Source: an uncultured Candidatus Saccharibacteria bacterium
GTDB lineage: Bacteria; Patescibacteriota; Minisyncoccia; Phycocordibacterales; UBA9973
Length of the DNA stretch: 64,000 nucleotides
Reading direction: 5' to 3'
Assembly (NCBI GenBank): GCA_964468315.1
Contig: CAYXTA010000004.1
Span: 10,976 to 74,975, forward strand
The notes under the pieces are model-generated. The model did no database searches and was not told the DNA's origin. It was given only the letters and a program-made list of their open reading frames with translations. Of this stretch, positions 56,361-64,000 are shown in pieces. The stretch's first letter is position 1; every line of letters starts with the position of its first letter. Made by a program: the position numbers and the translations under genes.

Positions 56361-56882
56361 ATGAACCCGAAAAAAATTTCAATCATCGTTGTTATCTTTG
56401 CAATATTCCTCATCCTTCCATTTTTCCTGCACGACAAAAAAGAAGACAATAAAGAAAACAGTCAGAAACCAAATATTGAGACTGAAAAAATTAAAACCAC
56501 CATCAACAATAACTGGAAAGAATTTTCTGATCAGACGAAACATATATCCTTTTTGGTGCCGGATTATTTATTTCCTTTTTTCGAGGATGACCGGGTGAAT
56601 TTCCGAGAATACAAGGAGGGTCCGGGTTTTATTGATATCCACTTACAAGCATCGCAAGACCCTGATGTAGAAAAGGCAGTCGAAAAGTTAAATTACGTAC
56701 TTGGGGAAATTACCGATAGAAGAATGATTGATGGAGCCCAGTCTCTTATTGTTCCTCTAGCAGGCGAGGGTTCCGCTGGTCAAAAAACCTTGTATACAGT
56801 TAGTGAGGGTATCCTCTACACCATAAACACTCGTTTTATTGACGAAGAAAAATTCTGGAACAGTATTAAATTTTTAAACTAG
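56361..56882 (+). CDS. Hypothetical membrane-anchored protein.
   Basis: N-terminal TM ISIIVVIFAIFLILPFFL. Confidence 0.4.
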   Translation: MNPKKISIIVVIFAIFLILPFFLHDKKEDNKENSQKPNIETEKIKTTINNNWKEFSDQTKHISFLVPDYLFPFFEDDRVNFREYKEGPGFIDIHLQASQDPDVEKAVEKLNYVLGEITDRRMIDGAQSLIVPLAGEGSAGQKTLYTVSEGILYTINTRFIDEEKFWNSIKFLN

Positions 56883-56887
56883 AGCCC

Positions 56888-57793
56888 CTACCCCCTCTTA
56901 AATTTTTCAAACACAACGAGCAGTGGTGATGCGATAAAGATAGAAGAATACGTTCCAACGATGACACCGATGGTCAAAAGTAGCGCAAAATGTTCTGTTG
57001 ATTTTCCGCCAAGGAAGTAGAGCGCAACGAGCACGATCACGAGTGTAAGTGAGGTGTTGATTGAGCGACCCATTGTTTGGGTAAGGCTTCGGCCAACAAC
57101 TTGGTCGAACGGTTCTTTTCGGTTGTTTGTTTCGTGGTTGATCTGAAGATTTTCACGAACACGATCGAACACCACGATGGTGTCATGCACGGAGTACCCA
57201 AGAATCGCCAAAAGTGCGGTCATAAAAAGTAAGTCGAGTTCTGCCCCGATGTATGTGGTGAGAAAAATAAACACACCAGCAGAAATGAGCACGTCATGAA
57301 CGAGTGCGATGATTGTTGCCAAACCATATTTCCAAGACTGAACAGGACGCGAAACTTTTCGGAACGCAAACGTGACGAAAAGCACGATTCCCAAAATAGT
57401 GACAGCGATCGCCACGTAGGCTTTGTTGCGAAGTTCACTTCCAACTGTCGGACCGATTGTGTTGAAGCGATCTTCGTTGAGTTTTAACTGGCCGTTTCCC
57501 GAAAGCGCAGAAACGACTTTATTTTTAACATCGTTGTCAATTTCTTTTGTTCGAAGGGTGTAGCTTTTATCACCTGATGGGCGCAGAGAATATGCACCGA
57601 GTGAAAGTGTGTCGAGTTTTACTTTTGTCGCTTCAAAATCTGGACGAGCGGTTTCGTATGTAACTTCCAAAATCGAACCGCCAGTAAAGTCGATGCCGAA
57701 GTTAAAACCTCGAACAACCATCGAGCCAATCGAGAAGATCACCAAGATCGCGGTGAGAATGAAAAATATTTTTCTGTGTCGGACGATAAACAT
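56888..57793 (-). CDS. secF: Protein translocase subunit SecF.
   Basis: Six-TM SecF architecture, adjacent to secD. Confidence 0.9.
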   Translation of the reverse strand: MFIVRHRKIFFILTAILVIFSIGSMVVRGFNFGIDFTGGSILEVTYETARPDFEATKVKLDTLSLGAYSLRPSGDKSYTLRTKEIDNDVKNKVVSALSGNGQLKLNEDRFNTIGPTVGSELRNKAYVAIAVTILGIVLFVTFAFRKVSRPVQSWKYGLATIIALVHDVLISAGVFIFLTTYIGAELDLLFMTALLAILGYSVHDTIVVFDRVRENLQINHETNNRKEPFDQVVGRSLTQTMGRSINTSLTLVIVLVALYFLGGKSTEHFALLLTIGVIVGTYSSIFIASPLLVVFEKFKRG

Positions 57794-57797
57794 GGTT

Positions 57798-59135
57798 TTA
57801 TTTTTGATTAGGGTCAGACTGACGGGTGTTTCTAATACCTGAACCGAACAAGAAGTGACTCAGTTTTGACTCGCGTTTCAAGCCGATCGCATACAAAAAT
57901 GTTCGAGACACGGTGATTGCGGTAAACATACTGACAAGCACTCCGATACCGAGCGTAAAGGCAAAGCCCTTAACTGCAGACGTACCGATCCAGTACAACA
58001 CAACAGCAGTGATAAGAGTCGAAATGTTTGAGTCGCGAATTGAAAGCCATGCGCGATGGAAACCTTCGTGCATTGCATCGTCGAGCTTTCGGCCACGTGC
58101 GAGCTCTTCTTTTGTTCGTTCGAAAATCAAAATGTTTGCGTCCACAGCCATACCGATCGACAAAATGAAGCCGGCAATACCTGCCGCTGTGAGCGTCACT
58201 GGAATCAGTTTAAAAATAGCGAGTGAAATAATGACATAGATAACCAACGCGACCGAAGCCACAACGCCCGGCAAGCGGTACCAAAGGATGAGGAACAAAA
58301 CGACCGCGAGGAAACCCCAGATACCAGCGACCACACCCGCATTAAGCGCAGACACACCGAGGTACGCACCAACAACCTGTGTTCCCACGAGTTCGATCGG
58401 CACTGGAAGTGCACCGTAATTTAAATTATCAACAAGGGCTTTTGCCTCCTGAGGTGTGAAGTTGCCGCTGATCTGTGCCTTTCCGCCGGTGATTTCTTCG
58501 CGTACAACCGGAGCGGAAATGACTTCTCCGTCAAGGAAAATTGCCACCGGCTGACCGATATTTTCGCGGGTAATTTTTGCGAAAAGCTTGCTGCCCTCTT
58601 CGTTAAAAGTCAGCGCGACTGACGCTTCACTTGTATTTGGATTAAATTCAACAACGCTGTGTTCGAGCAAACGGCCGGTCAAACCTGTTGCTGTAAAGGC
58701 AACAGTTGAAGACGCAGTCGGAGTCGCCTTTACTTCCGAAACCAATTTGAATTCAAGGACCGGAGTTTTTCCGATAAGTTCGATTGCTTTGTCGATGTCG
58801 GTGACACCAGGAAGCTCAACAATGAGACGGTGGTCAGCTCGGCCCGCAAGCGCATTGGCTTTTTCAACCTGGATGATCGGCTCAGAAACACCGTAAATGT
58901 TTACACGACGTTCAATAACGTTTTGGAGCACCTCCATTGAATTGTCGATTTCTGACGCGTCGAGCTCAGAAACGTCTGCCTTGTAGACAAGCTCGGTGCC
59001 GCCGTTTAAGTCGAGACCCAACACAAACGGAAAACGGCCAAACCATGAGTCGGGTTTTGCCTGTGAAAGATAGAGACCGTATCCGAGCAGTGCGAAGACA
59101 ATAATCAGAACGAGGGTAAAAATCCGGTTTTTCAT
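57798..59135 (-). CDS. secD: Protein translocase subunit SecD.
   Basis: N-terminal TM, periplasmic domain, C-terminal 5-TM SecD/F core (LGLDLNGGTELVY). Confidence 0.9.
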   Translation of the reverse strand: MKNRIFTLVLIIVFALLGYGLYLSQAKPDSWFGRFPFVLGLDLNGGTELVYKADVSELDASEIDNSMEVLQNVIERRVNIYGVSEPIIQVEKANALAGRADHRLIVELPGVTDIDKAIELIGKTPVLEFKLVSEVKATPTASSTVAFTATGLTGRLLEHSVVEFNPNTSEASVALTFNEEGSKLFAKITRENIGQPVAIFLDGEVISAPVVREEITGGKAQISGNFTPQEAKALVDNLNYGALPVPIELVGTQVVGAYLGVSALNAGVVAGIWGFLAVVLFLILWYRLPGVVASVALVIYVIISLAIFKLIPVTLTAAGIAGFILSIGMAVDANILIFERTKEELARGRKLDDAMHEGFHRAWLSIRDSNISTLITAVVLYWIGTSAVKGFAFTLGIGVLVSMFTAITVSRTFLYAIGLKRESKLSHFLFGSGIRNTRQSDPNQK

Positions 59136-59173
59136 TTGAAGCCAAATTATAGGCGTTTGATAAGAAAAAGCAA

Positions 59174-60079
59174 CTATCTTTTTTCGAGTGAAACAAGCTC
59201 GGCAATTCCCTCTTCGAGCGTTACTTTTGGCTCCCAGCCGAGGATTTTTCGAGCTTTTGAGTTATCTGCAAGGGTATGTTTTGGTTCGAGGCGTTCTGGA
59301 ATATGCTCAACCGCGCCACCAATCAGCTCCGCTACTTTTTTAATGGTGTAATTATTTCCCGCGCCAATATTAAACACTTCGCCATTCGTGACGCCAGCCG
59401 CTTCAGCCGCCAACATATTTGCTCGGACAACATCGTGCACACTCGTAAAGTCGCGAGTTTGTTCCCCGTCCCCCGTTATGGTCAGTGCGCCACCTTCTCT
59501 TTTTTGTTTTAAAAATTTAGCAATCACAAGCGCATATGCACCCTTTTCGCTCTGACCTGGACCGTACACGTTGAAGTACCGAAGTGAAACGGTGGGCAAA
59601 CCATACACCTCGCTCCAGACTCGGCACATGAGCTCGCCCACATGTTTCTGCAAACCGTACGGACTTTTTGGGTTTGCAGGTAGGTCTTCGCGAAGTGGCA
59701 TGGTTTTCTGGTCGCCGTACGCAGAACTTGAAGCGGAATACACAACTCGTTTAACCTTAGCCTTTTCAGAAGCAATAAGGACATTTAAGGTTCCCGTCAC
59801 GTTTACGCTGTGTGTTTCTTCTGGAAATTCGATCGAAAACTGCACGCGAGGCAATGCCGCCAAGTGAAACACGTATTGTGCACCAGCAAAAACCGGAATG
59901 ATGGATTCGAGGTTTCGAATATCGAGTTCGTGTAACGTCGCACCAGCGTCAACTACTTCCCGACTTCCACCTGCAAGGTTGTCGATTACGTGCACATCGA
60001 AATCTTTTTTCACGAGTTCACGCACAAGGTTCGAACCAATAAATCCCGCTCCACCTGTCACCACAACTTTTGTTTTCAT
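59174..60079 (-). CDS. NAD-dependent epimerase/dehydratase (UDP-sugar 4-epimerase, GalE/WbpP-like).
   Basis: VVVTGGAGFIGSNL Rossmann motif and YxxxK (YSASSSAYG). Confidence 0.85.
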   Translation of the reverse strand: MKTKVVVTGGAGFIGSNLVRELVKKDFDVHVIDNLAGGSREVVDAGATLHELDIRNLESIIPVFAGAQYVFHLAALPRVQFSIEFPEETHSVNVTGTLNVLIASEKAKVKRVVYSASSSAYGDQKTMPLREDLPANPKSPYGLQKHVGELMCRVWSEVYGLPTVSLRYFNVYGPGQSEKGAYALVIAKFLKQKREGGALTITGDGEQTRDFTSVHDVVRANMLAAEAAGVTNGEVFNIGAGNNYTIKKVAELIGGAVEHIPERLEPKHTLADNSKARKILGWEPKVTLEEGIAELVSLEKR

Positions 60080-60103
60080 GTGTTTGTTTTAATACTTTAA
60101 ACC

Positions 60104-61459
60104 CTAAATTCCATTGCTCGATAATAATGTTTTAATCGTCTTGAGTGCGATTTTCAGATCAAGCATCAGCGAACTGTTTTTCAAATAATAGAGGTCGTAA
60201 GAAAGTTTCAGCTTTGTTTTGTCGACGTCCATCATCGCTTTTGGCGGTTGGCGCTGGTACAACTGCGCCCAGCCAGAAAGGCCCGGTTTCATCAAATGTC
60301 GAATGTTGTAATACGGAATTTCTTTTTCATATTCTGCCGCAAGAGCTGGGAGCTCGGCGCGCGGACCAATCAGCGAAAGGTCTCCACGGAAGACATTCCA
60401 CAATTGAGGCAGTTCGTCGAGACGTAACTTTCGCAAATACGCACCGACTTTTGTAATTTTATTTTGCTTTGCAATTTCGCGAGAATATTCACCTTGGTCG
60501 TTGGTTGTCATGCTGCGGAATTTATATACACGGACCAATTTATTATTTTTTCCAATACGATCCTGAACGATAAAAATCGGGCCACCGTCTTCCATTTTTA
60601 TTGCCGCAATCACAAACGGATAAAAAACCAGCGATGCAATGCCGACACAAAACGAAACCACGATATCCATGAGTCGTTTCAGGAAGTCATACGTGTTATT
60701 CGAAGAAACTGAAATATTTTCGATGAACCAATTGTGATTCACGAGCGACATGGGAACACGGTCAAACGTCTCTTCGTAAATCGTGTTCATGTCGACAAAT
60801 CGAACTTTTGAAAAAATGAGGTTATACAAATGCGGCAACAATGGCTGAACCTTTTTATCTTTAAAATCTGCAGCAACAATGTGAACATGGTTACTTACAA
60901 TTCTCCGCGCAATGTCCTCGCAAAAACTCGCATCTTCAATATTATCCGTGTCGACAGACGTCACAAAATACAGACCATACCGAGGATTATTATTTACTTC
61001 GTCCATAAGCTCCTGCGCCTCTTCATCATTACCAATCAAAATAGCTTTTTCCGACTCGTGTGAAGACAACAAAGAAACGCCACGAATGCGCCAGAGCAAA
61101 ATAAGTCCAAACGAAATCACAACGTACACAAAAAGATTCGTTTTCGGTGTAATGCCAAAAAACGGAATGAGGTAGAAAAAGATAACGGCAATTGCGCTAT
61201 TGACCAGCTGCGCATTTAAAATAATCGTTGGAATGCGACTTTTTAAAAGAAGTGTGTGTTTTTCATACAAACCAGCGATAAAAAATACAATGAACCACAG
61301 GACAAAAATAATGGAAAAAGACCAGACGTGACTCAAAAAAATATCTGTGTCCGGTATACCTCGAAAACGCACCAAAAGCATGAGCCACAAGGAGAAAAAG
61401 AAAACGATAACGTCCCCTACAAATAACATCAGGGCTTCGTTTTTATTCATAACTGCCAT
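60104..61459 (-). CDS. Polyprenyl-phosphate sugar phosphotransferase (WbaP/WcaJ-like bacterial sugar transferase).
   Basis: N-terminal TM helices. C-terminal sugar-transferase domain ..PGLSGWAQL. Confidence 0.85.
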   Translation of the reverse strand: MAVMNKNEALMLFVGDVIVFFFSLWLMLLVRFRGIPDTDIFLSHVWSFSIIFVLWFIVFFIAGLYEKHTLLLKSRIPTIILNAQLVNSAIAVIFFYLIPFFGITPKTNLFVYVVISFGLILLWRIRGVSLLSSHESEKAILIGNDEEAQELMDEVNNNPRYGLYFVTSVDTDNIEDASFCEDIARRIVSNHVHIVAADFKDKKVQPLLPHLYNLIFSKVRFVDMNTIYEETFDRVPMSLVNHNWFIENISVSSNNTYDFLKRLMDIVVSFCVGIASLVFYPFVIAAIKMEDGGPIFIVQDRIGKNNKLVRVYKFRSMTTNDQGEYSREIAKQNKITKVGAYLRKLRLDELPQLWNVFRGDLSLIGPRAELPALAAEYEKEIPYYNIRHLMKPGLSGWAQLYQRQPPKAMMDVDKTKLKLSYDLYYLKNSSLMLDLKIALKTIKTLLSSNGI

Positions 61460-61554
61460 AGAAGTAAGACTATATTATACATAACAACCACCTGTAGCAA
61501 GTCGCCGCGATACAACGCACGACACACTACCAAACACCGCCGACGTGTTACTAT

Positions 61555-62706
61555 ATGAACAATTCAACAGCTATGGATAATACCGTTTCGAAGAAAAAGA
61601 TCCTTTTTGCGATTACAAAAGGAAGCTGGGGTGGAGCACAAAAGTATGTCTTTGATCTTGCAACAAACCTTCCAAAAGACCGGTTCGACGTTGTCGTACT
61701 CTGTGGTGAAGGTGAACAACTCGAAGCAAAATTAGCTGAAAAAAATATCCGGGTCATTCGACTTGGTTCGCTCCAAAGAAACATGAGCCTGGGTAAGGAC
61801 CTCGATTCTTTTTTTTCAGTCTGGAAAATAGTAGCCGACGAAAAGCCAGACATCCTGCATTTAAATAGCTCAAAAATCGGGGGTATCGGCGCACTTGCTG
61901 GTCGCCTCGCCGGTGTACCCCAGATTATTTTCACAGGTCACGGCTGGGCATGGAACGAAAACCGCAGTCCGATTTCTAAATCCCTCATCACCCTCGCCCA
62001 CTGGGCAACTATTTTGCTCGCTCACACCACGATCGCCGTTTCTGAAAAAATCAAACAACAAATTCGAAATCTGCCTTTTATTTCTACGTCAAAAGTTGCC
62101 GTGATCCACAACGGCATCGACCACATTGAATTTCTCGAGCGCTTCACTGCCCGCTCCGGGGTCAACGGAACCATCAGCGAAAAATTTTGGGTTGGAACTA
62201 TCGGCGAACTTCACACAAACAAAGGCCTCGACACCCTTATCACTGCTTTTGCTGAAGTGTCGAAATCTCATGTCGACACAGCACTTCTCATTATCGGCGA
62301 GGGCGAAGAACGCGCGCACCTCACAGCCCTGATTCAGAAAATGGGCATGCAGAAAAAAATCCACCTGTTGGGATTTAAAGAAAATGCGGCCAGTCTTTTA
62401 AAAGCGTTCGATGTTTTTGTACTTCCTTCACGCACCGAGGCGTTTCCATATGTCCTCTTGGAAGCCGGCTTGGCACAGTTGCCCGTAGTTGCGACCCGTG
62501 TTGGTGGTATTCCGGAAGTGGTTGTTGAAGGAAAAAATGGACTTTTGGTCAGCCCGAATGAATCATTTGCCCTTTCCCGTGCCATAGACCAGATCCTCGA
62601 AGACAGCACAAAAGCTGCCATGTTTGGGCACAATCTACGTAAAACTGTCGAGGAACGATTCTCGATTGAACACATGGTTGAAAAAACAATTGCCATATAT
62701 AATTAA
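61555..62706 (+). CDS. Glycosyltransferase family 4.
   Basis: EAFPYVLLEAGLAQLPVVATRVGGIPEVV (the EX7E motif region). Confidence 0.85.
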   Translation: MNNSTAMDNTVSKKKILFAITKGSWGGAQKYVFDLATNLPKDRFDVVVLCGEGEQLEAKLAEKNIRVIRLGSLQRNMSLGKDLDSFFSVWKIVADEKPDILHLNSSKIGGIGALAGRLAGVPQIIFTGHGWAWNENRSPISKSLITLAHWATILLAHTTIAVSEKIKQQIRNLPFISTSKVAVIHNGIDHIEFLERFTARSGVNGTISEKFWVGTIGELHTNKGLDTLITAFAEVSKSHVDTALLIIGEGEERAHLTALIQKMGMQKKIHLLGFKENAASLLKAFDVFVLPSRTEAFPYVLLEAGLAQLPVVATRVGGIPEVVVEGKNGLLVSPNESFALSRAIDQILEDSTKAAMFGHNLRKTVEERFSIEHMVEKTIAIYN

Positions 62707-62710
62707 ACAT

Positions 62711-63571
62711 ATGAATAAATTTAAACATGGTTTCACATTGATCGAACTCCTCGTGATCATTTCTATTCTTGGCCTCATTTCAAGCGTTGCACTCGCAAAC
62801 CTCCAAGACGCAAAAGAAAAAGCAAAAGTCGCTGCCGGTGAACAATTCCATGCGACCATCTACCACAGCCAGGGCGACCACACTGTCGGCATCTGGGAGT
62901 TTGACGAAGGAAACGGCTCGGTCGCTTCAGACAGTTCAGGTAATGGACTCGAAGGGGTTATTAACGGCGCAACGTTTGTATCAGGATTGAATGGCACTGC
63001 CCTCTCTTTTGACGGAAACGACTACATAGCACCACCCGAGGGCGGAGAAATTTTTCCAAACCCAGGTAACAACGGCCAAATGACCGTCATCACCTGGATC
63101 AAGCCGGCGAATGCCGCAACACCCAACACCCTCTTCACTGTTGCCGGTCCAAACTGTACCGCTATAAAAGTAGGAATCTCCGGCGGATCAATGCATGTCC
63201 AACAAGCAGGTGATGTTGAAGTCGGCGCGGTGTCAGAAGACGAACCCACAAACCCAGGCCCTGGAGTGGACGAGCAAATTTCAGAAGATCACGTCTTGGA
63301 AAACAACGCGTGGCAGAATGTCGCATACGTTTTCAATAACGGCACAGTACAGAGTTTCGTAAACGGCACGCTGTTCGGTTCGACCGATGGGGTTGGAACA
63401 ACTGACTGTGAAGAAGCCACATGGATCATTGGCGCTGATGCAACGTTTGGTTCTGGATACCAAGGTCTAATGGACAGTCTACGTGTCTACGGAACGACAC
63501 TCACCGCTTCTGAGATCCAGAATATTTATGCTGAAGGACGAACCGAACGATCCACACTTGTCAGCCGCTAA
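62711..63571 (+). CDS. Type IV pilin-like protein: prepilin N-terminal cleavage/methylation motif plus LamG/concanavalin-like domain. Start trimmed to ATG at 62711.
   Basis: MNKFKHGFTLIELLVIISILGL (G|FTLIE class III signal). Laminin-G-like region WIKPANAATPNTLFTVAG... Confidence 0.7.
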   Translation: MNKFKHGFTLIELLVIISILGLISSVALANLQDAKEKAKVAAGEQFHATIYHSQGDHTVGIWEFDEGNGSVASDSSGNGLEGVINGATFVSGLNGTALSFDGNDYIAPPEGGEIFPNPGNNGQMTVITWIKPANAATPNTLFTVAGPNCTAIKVGISGGSMHVQQAGDVEVGAVSEDEPTNPGPGVDEQISEDHVLENNAWQNVAYVFNNGTVQSFVNGTLFGSTDGVGTTDCEEATWIIGADATFGSGYQGLMDSLRVYGTTLTASEIQNIYAEGRTERSTLVSR

Positions 63572-63604
63572 ACTAATTGCTAATAATTAATAAAACCAAA
63601 CACA

Positions 63605-63805
63605 ATGAGTGACGAAGTAAAATTTGAAGAAGAGGAAATACTAGTTGACCGTGCATCGCAGATTTCTCGTGGGTCAGCACTCACCAACCTCCTTTTGCGC
63701 TCAGGCATCGCAAAAAACGAATCGCAGGCAACCTATATTTTGATCGCTATTATGGTTGCGGCCCTCCTTGCAACTCTCTACGTTGTTTCTCAGTATTTGC
63801 TTTAG
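63605..63805 (+). CDS. Small membrane protein (66 aa).
   Basis: C-terminal TM YILIAIMVAALLATLYVV. Confidence 0.3.
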   Translation: MSDEVKFEEEEILVDRASQISRGSALTNLLLRSGIAKNESQATYILIAIMVAALLATLYVVSQYLL

Positions 63806-63825
63806 GCTGGACCTCAAAATATCTA

Positions 63826-64000
63826 TCAGGCGCCGTGGATTCCAACGATTTCGTTTTGGGCCATGTCTTTGTGCGCGGGTCGGCCGTATCGTGCCATACC
63901 TGAAATCACACCGATCGTCGCAAACTCCACGAGCAAATGACTGCCACCGTAGCTCATAAACGGCACGGTAATTCCTGTTACGGGCAACAAGCCGACATTC
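63826..64000 (-). CDS. SEDS-family cell-cycle protein (FtsW/RodA), C-terminal fragment; N-terminus lies beyond the window end.
   Basis: Manual minus-strand translation gives ..[39 protein letters not shown].. and a TGA stop. Confidence 0.65.
   Translation of the reverse strand, partial: NVGLLPVTGITVPFMSYGGSHLLVEFATIGVISGMARYGRPAHKDMAQNEIVGIHGA

Noticed and set aside
1-64000. Alternative genetic code (UGA recoded to Gly, as in Gracilibacteria/Absconditabacteria) as an explanation for a CPR-like 16S
   Set aside because: Long ORFs are intact under the standard code. TGA cleanly terminates the FtsW/RodA-like ORF at 63826-63828, and TAA/TAG terminate the other genes. Code 11 fits.
1-64000. CRISPR arrays, IS elements, integrases and transposases
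   Set aside because: No short regularly spaced repeats, no cas-like genes and no transposase or recombinase ORFs were seen. All tandem repeats found are intragenic protein-coding repeats (3690-3850, 11462-12205, 14205-14400).

Overview
This is a gene-dense window from a small-genome, AT-rich bacterium. The first ~53 kb is about 30-35% GC by eye and almost all ATG starts lack a Shine-Dalgarno motif. It uses the standard code; TGA is a stop. The 16S rRNA (EUB338-II-type target sequence, divergent 530 loop, no CCUCC tail) looks Patescibacteria/CPR-like. An OMP-like beta-barrel and a T9SS-like C-terminal domain argue against that assignment.

Coding content is mostly housekeeping. It includes leuS (partial), tsaC, ychF, tatA x2 and tatC, malic enzyme, NDH-2, a pentose-phosphate operon (rpiB, rpe, split transketolase), gapA, rsmE, dnaE, a MurE-like ligase, secA, secD and secF. 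Between these sit large secreted or surface proteins: a dockerin protein with two cohesin-like partners, Thr/Gly-rich giants, and LTD, DUF11 and FN3-like proteins.

Non-coding features are RNase P RNA with its own promoter and terminator, a neighbouring candidate sRNA locus, a stand-alone 16S rRNA gene, and many rho-independent terminators.

The most unusual observations, in order:
1. A complete NUDIX hydrolase domain inserted in-frame inside leucyl-tRNA synthetase.
2. A 16S rRNA with no anti-Shine-Dalgarno tail, matching the SD-less genes.
3. An ApbE / FMN-bind / RnfD-like::FNR flavin electron-transfer module next to NDH-2.
4. A dockerin-cohesin locus with the Tat translocase genes embedded in the same co-directional block.
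5. An abrupt jump to ~50% GC after the 16S gene (secDF, EPS genes, pilin), suggesting a chimeric contig or an acquired block.
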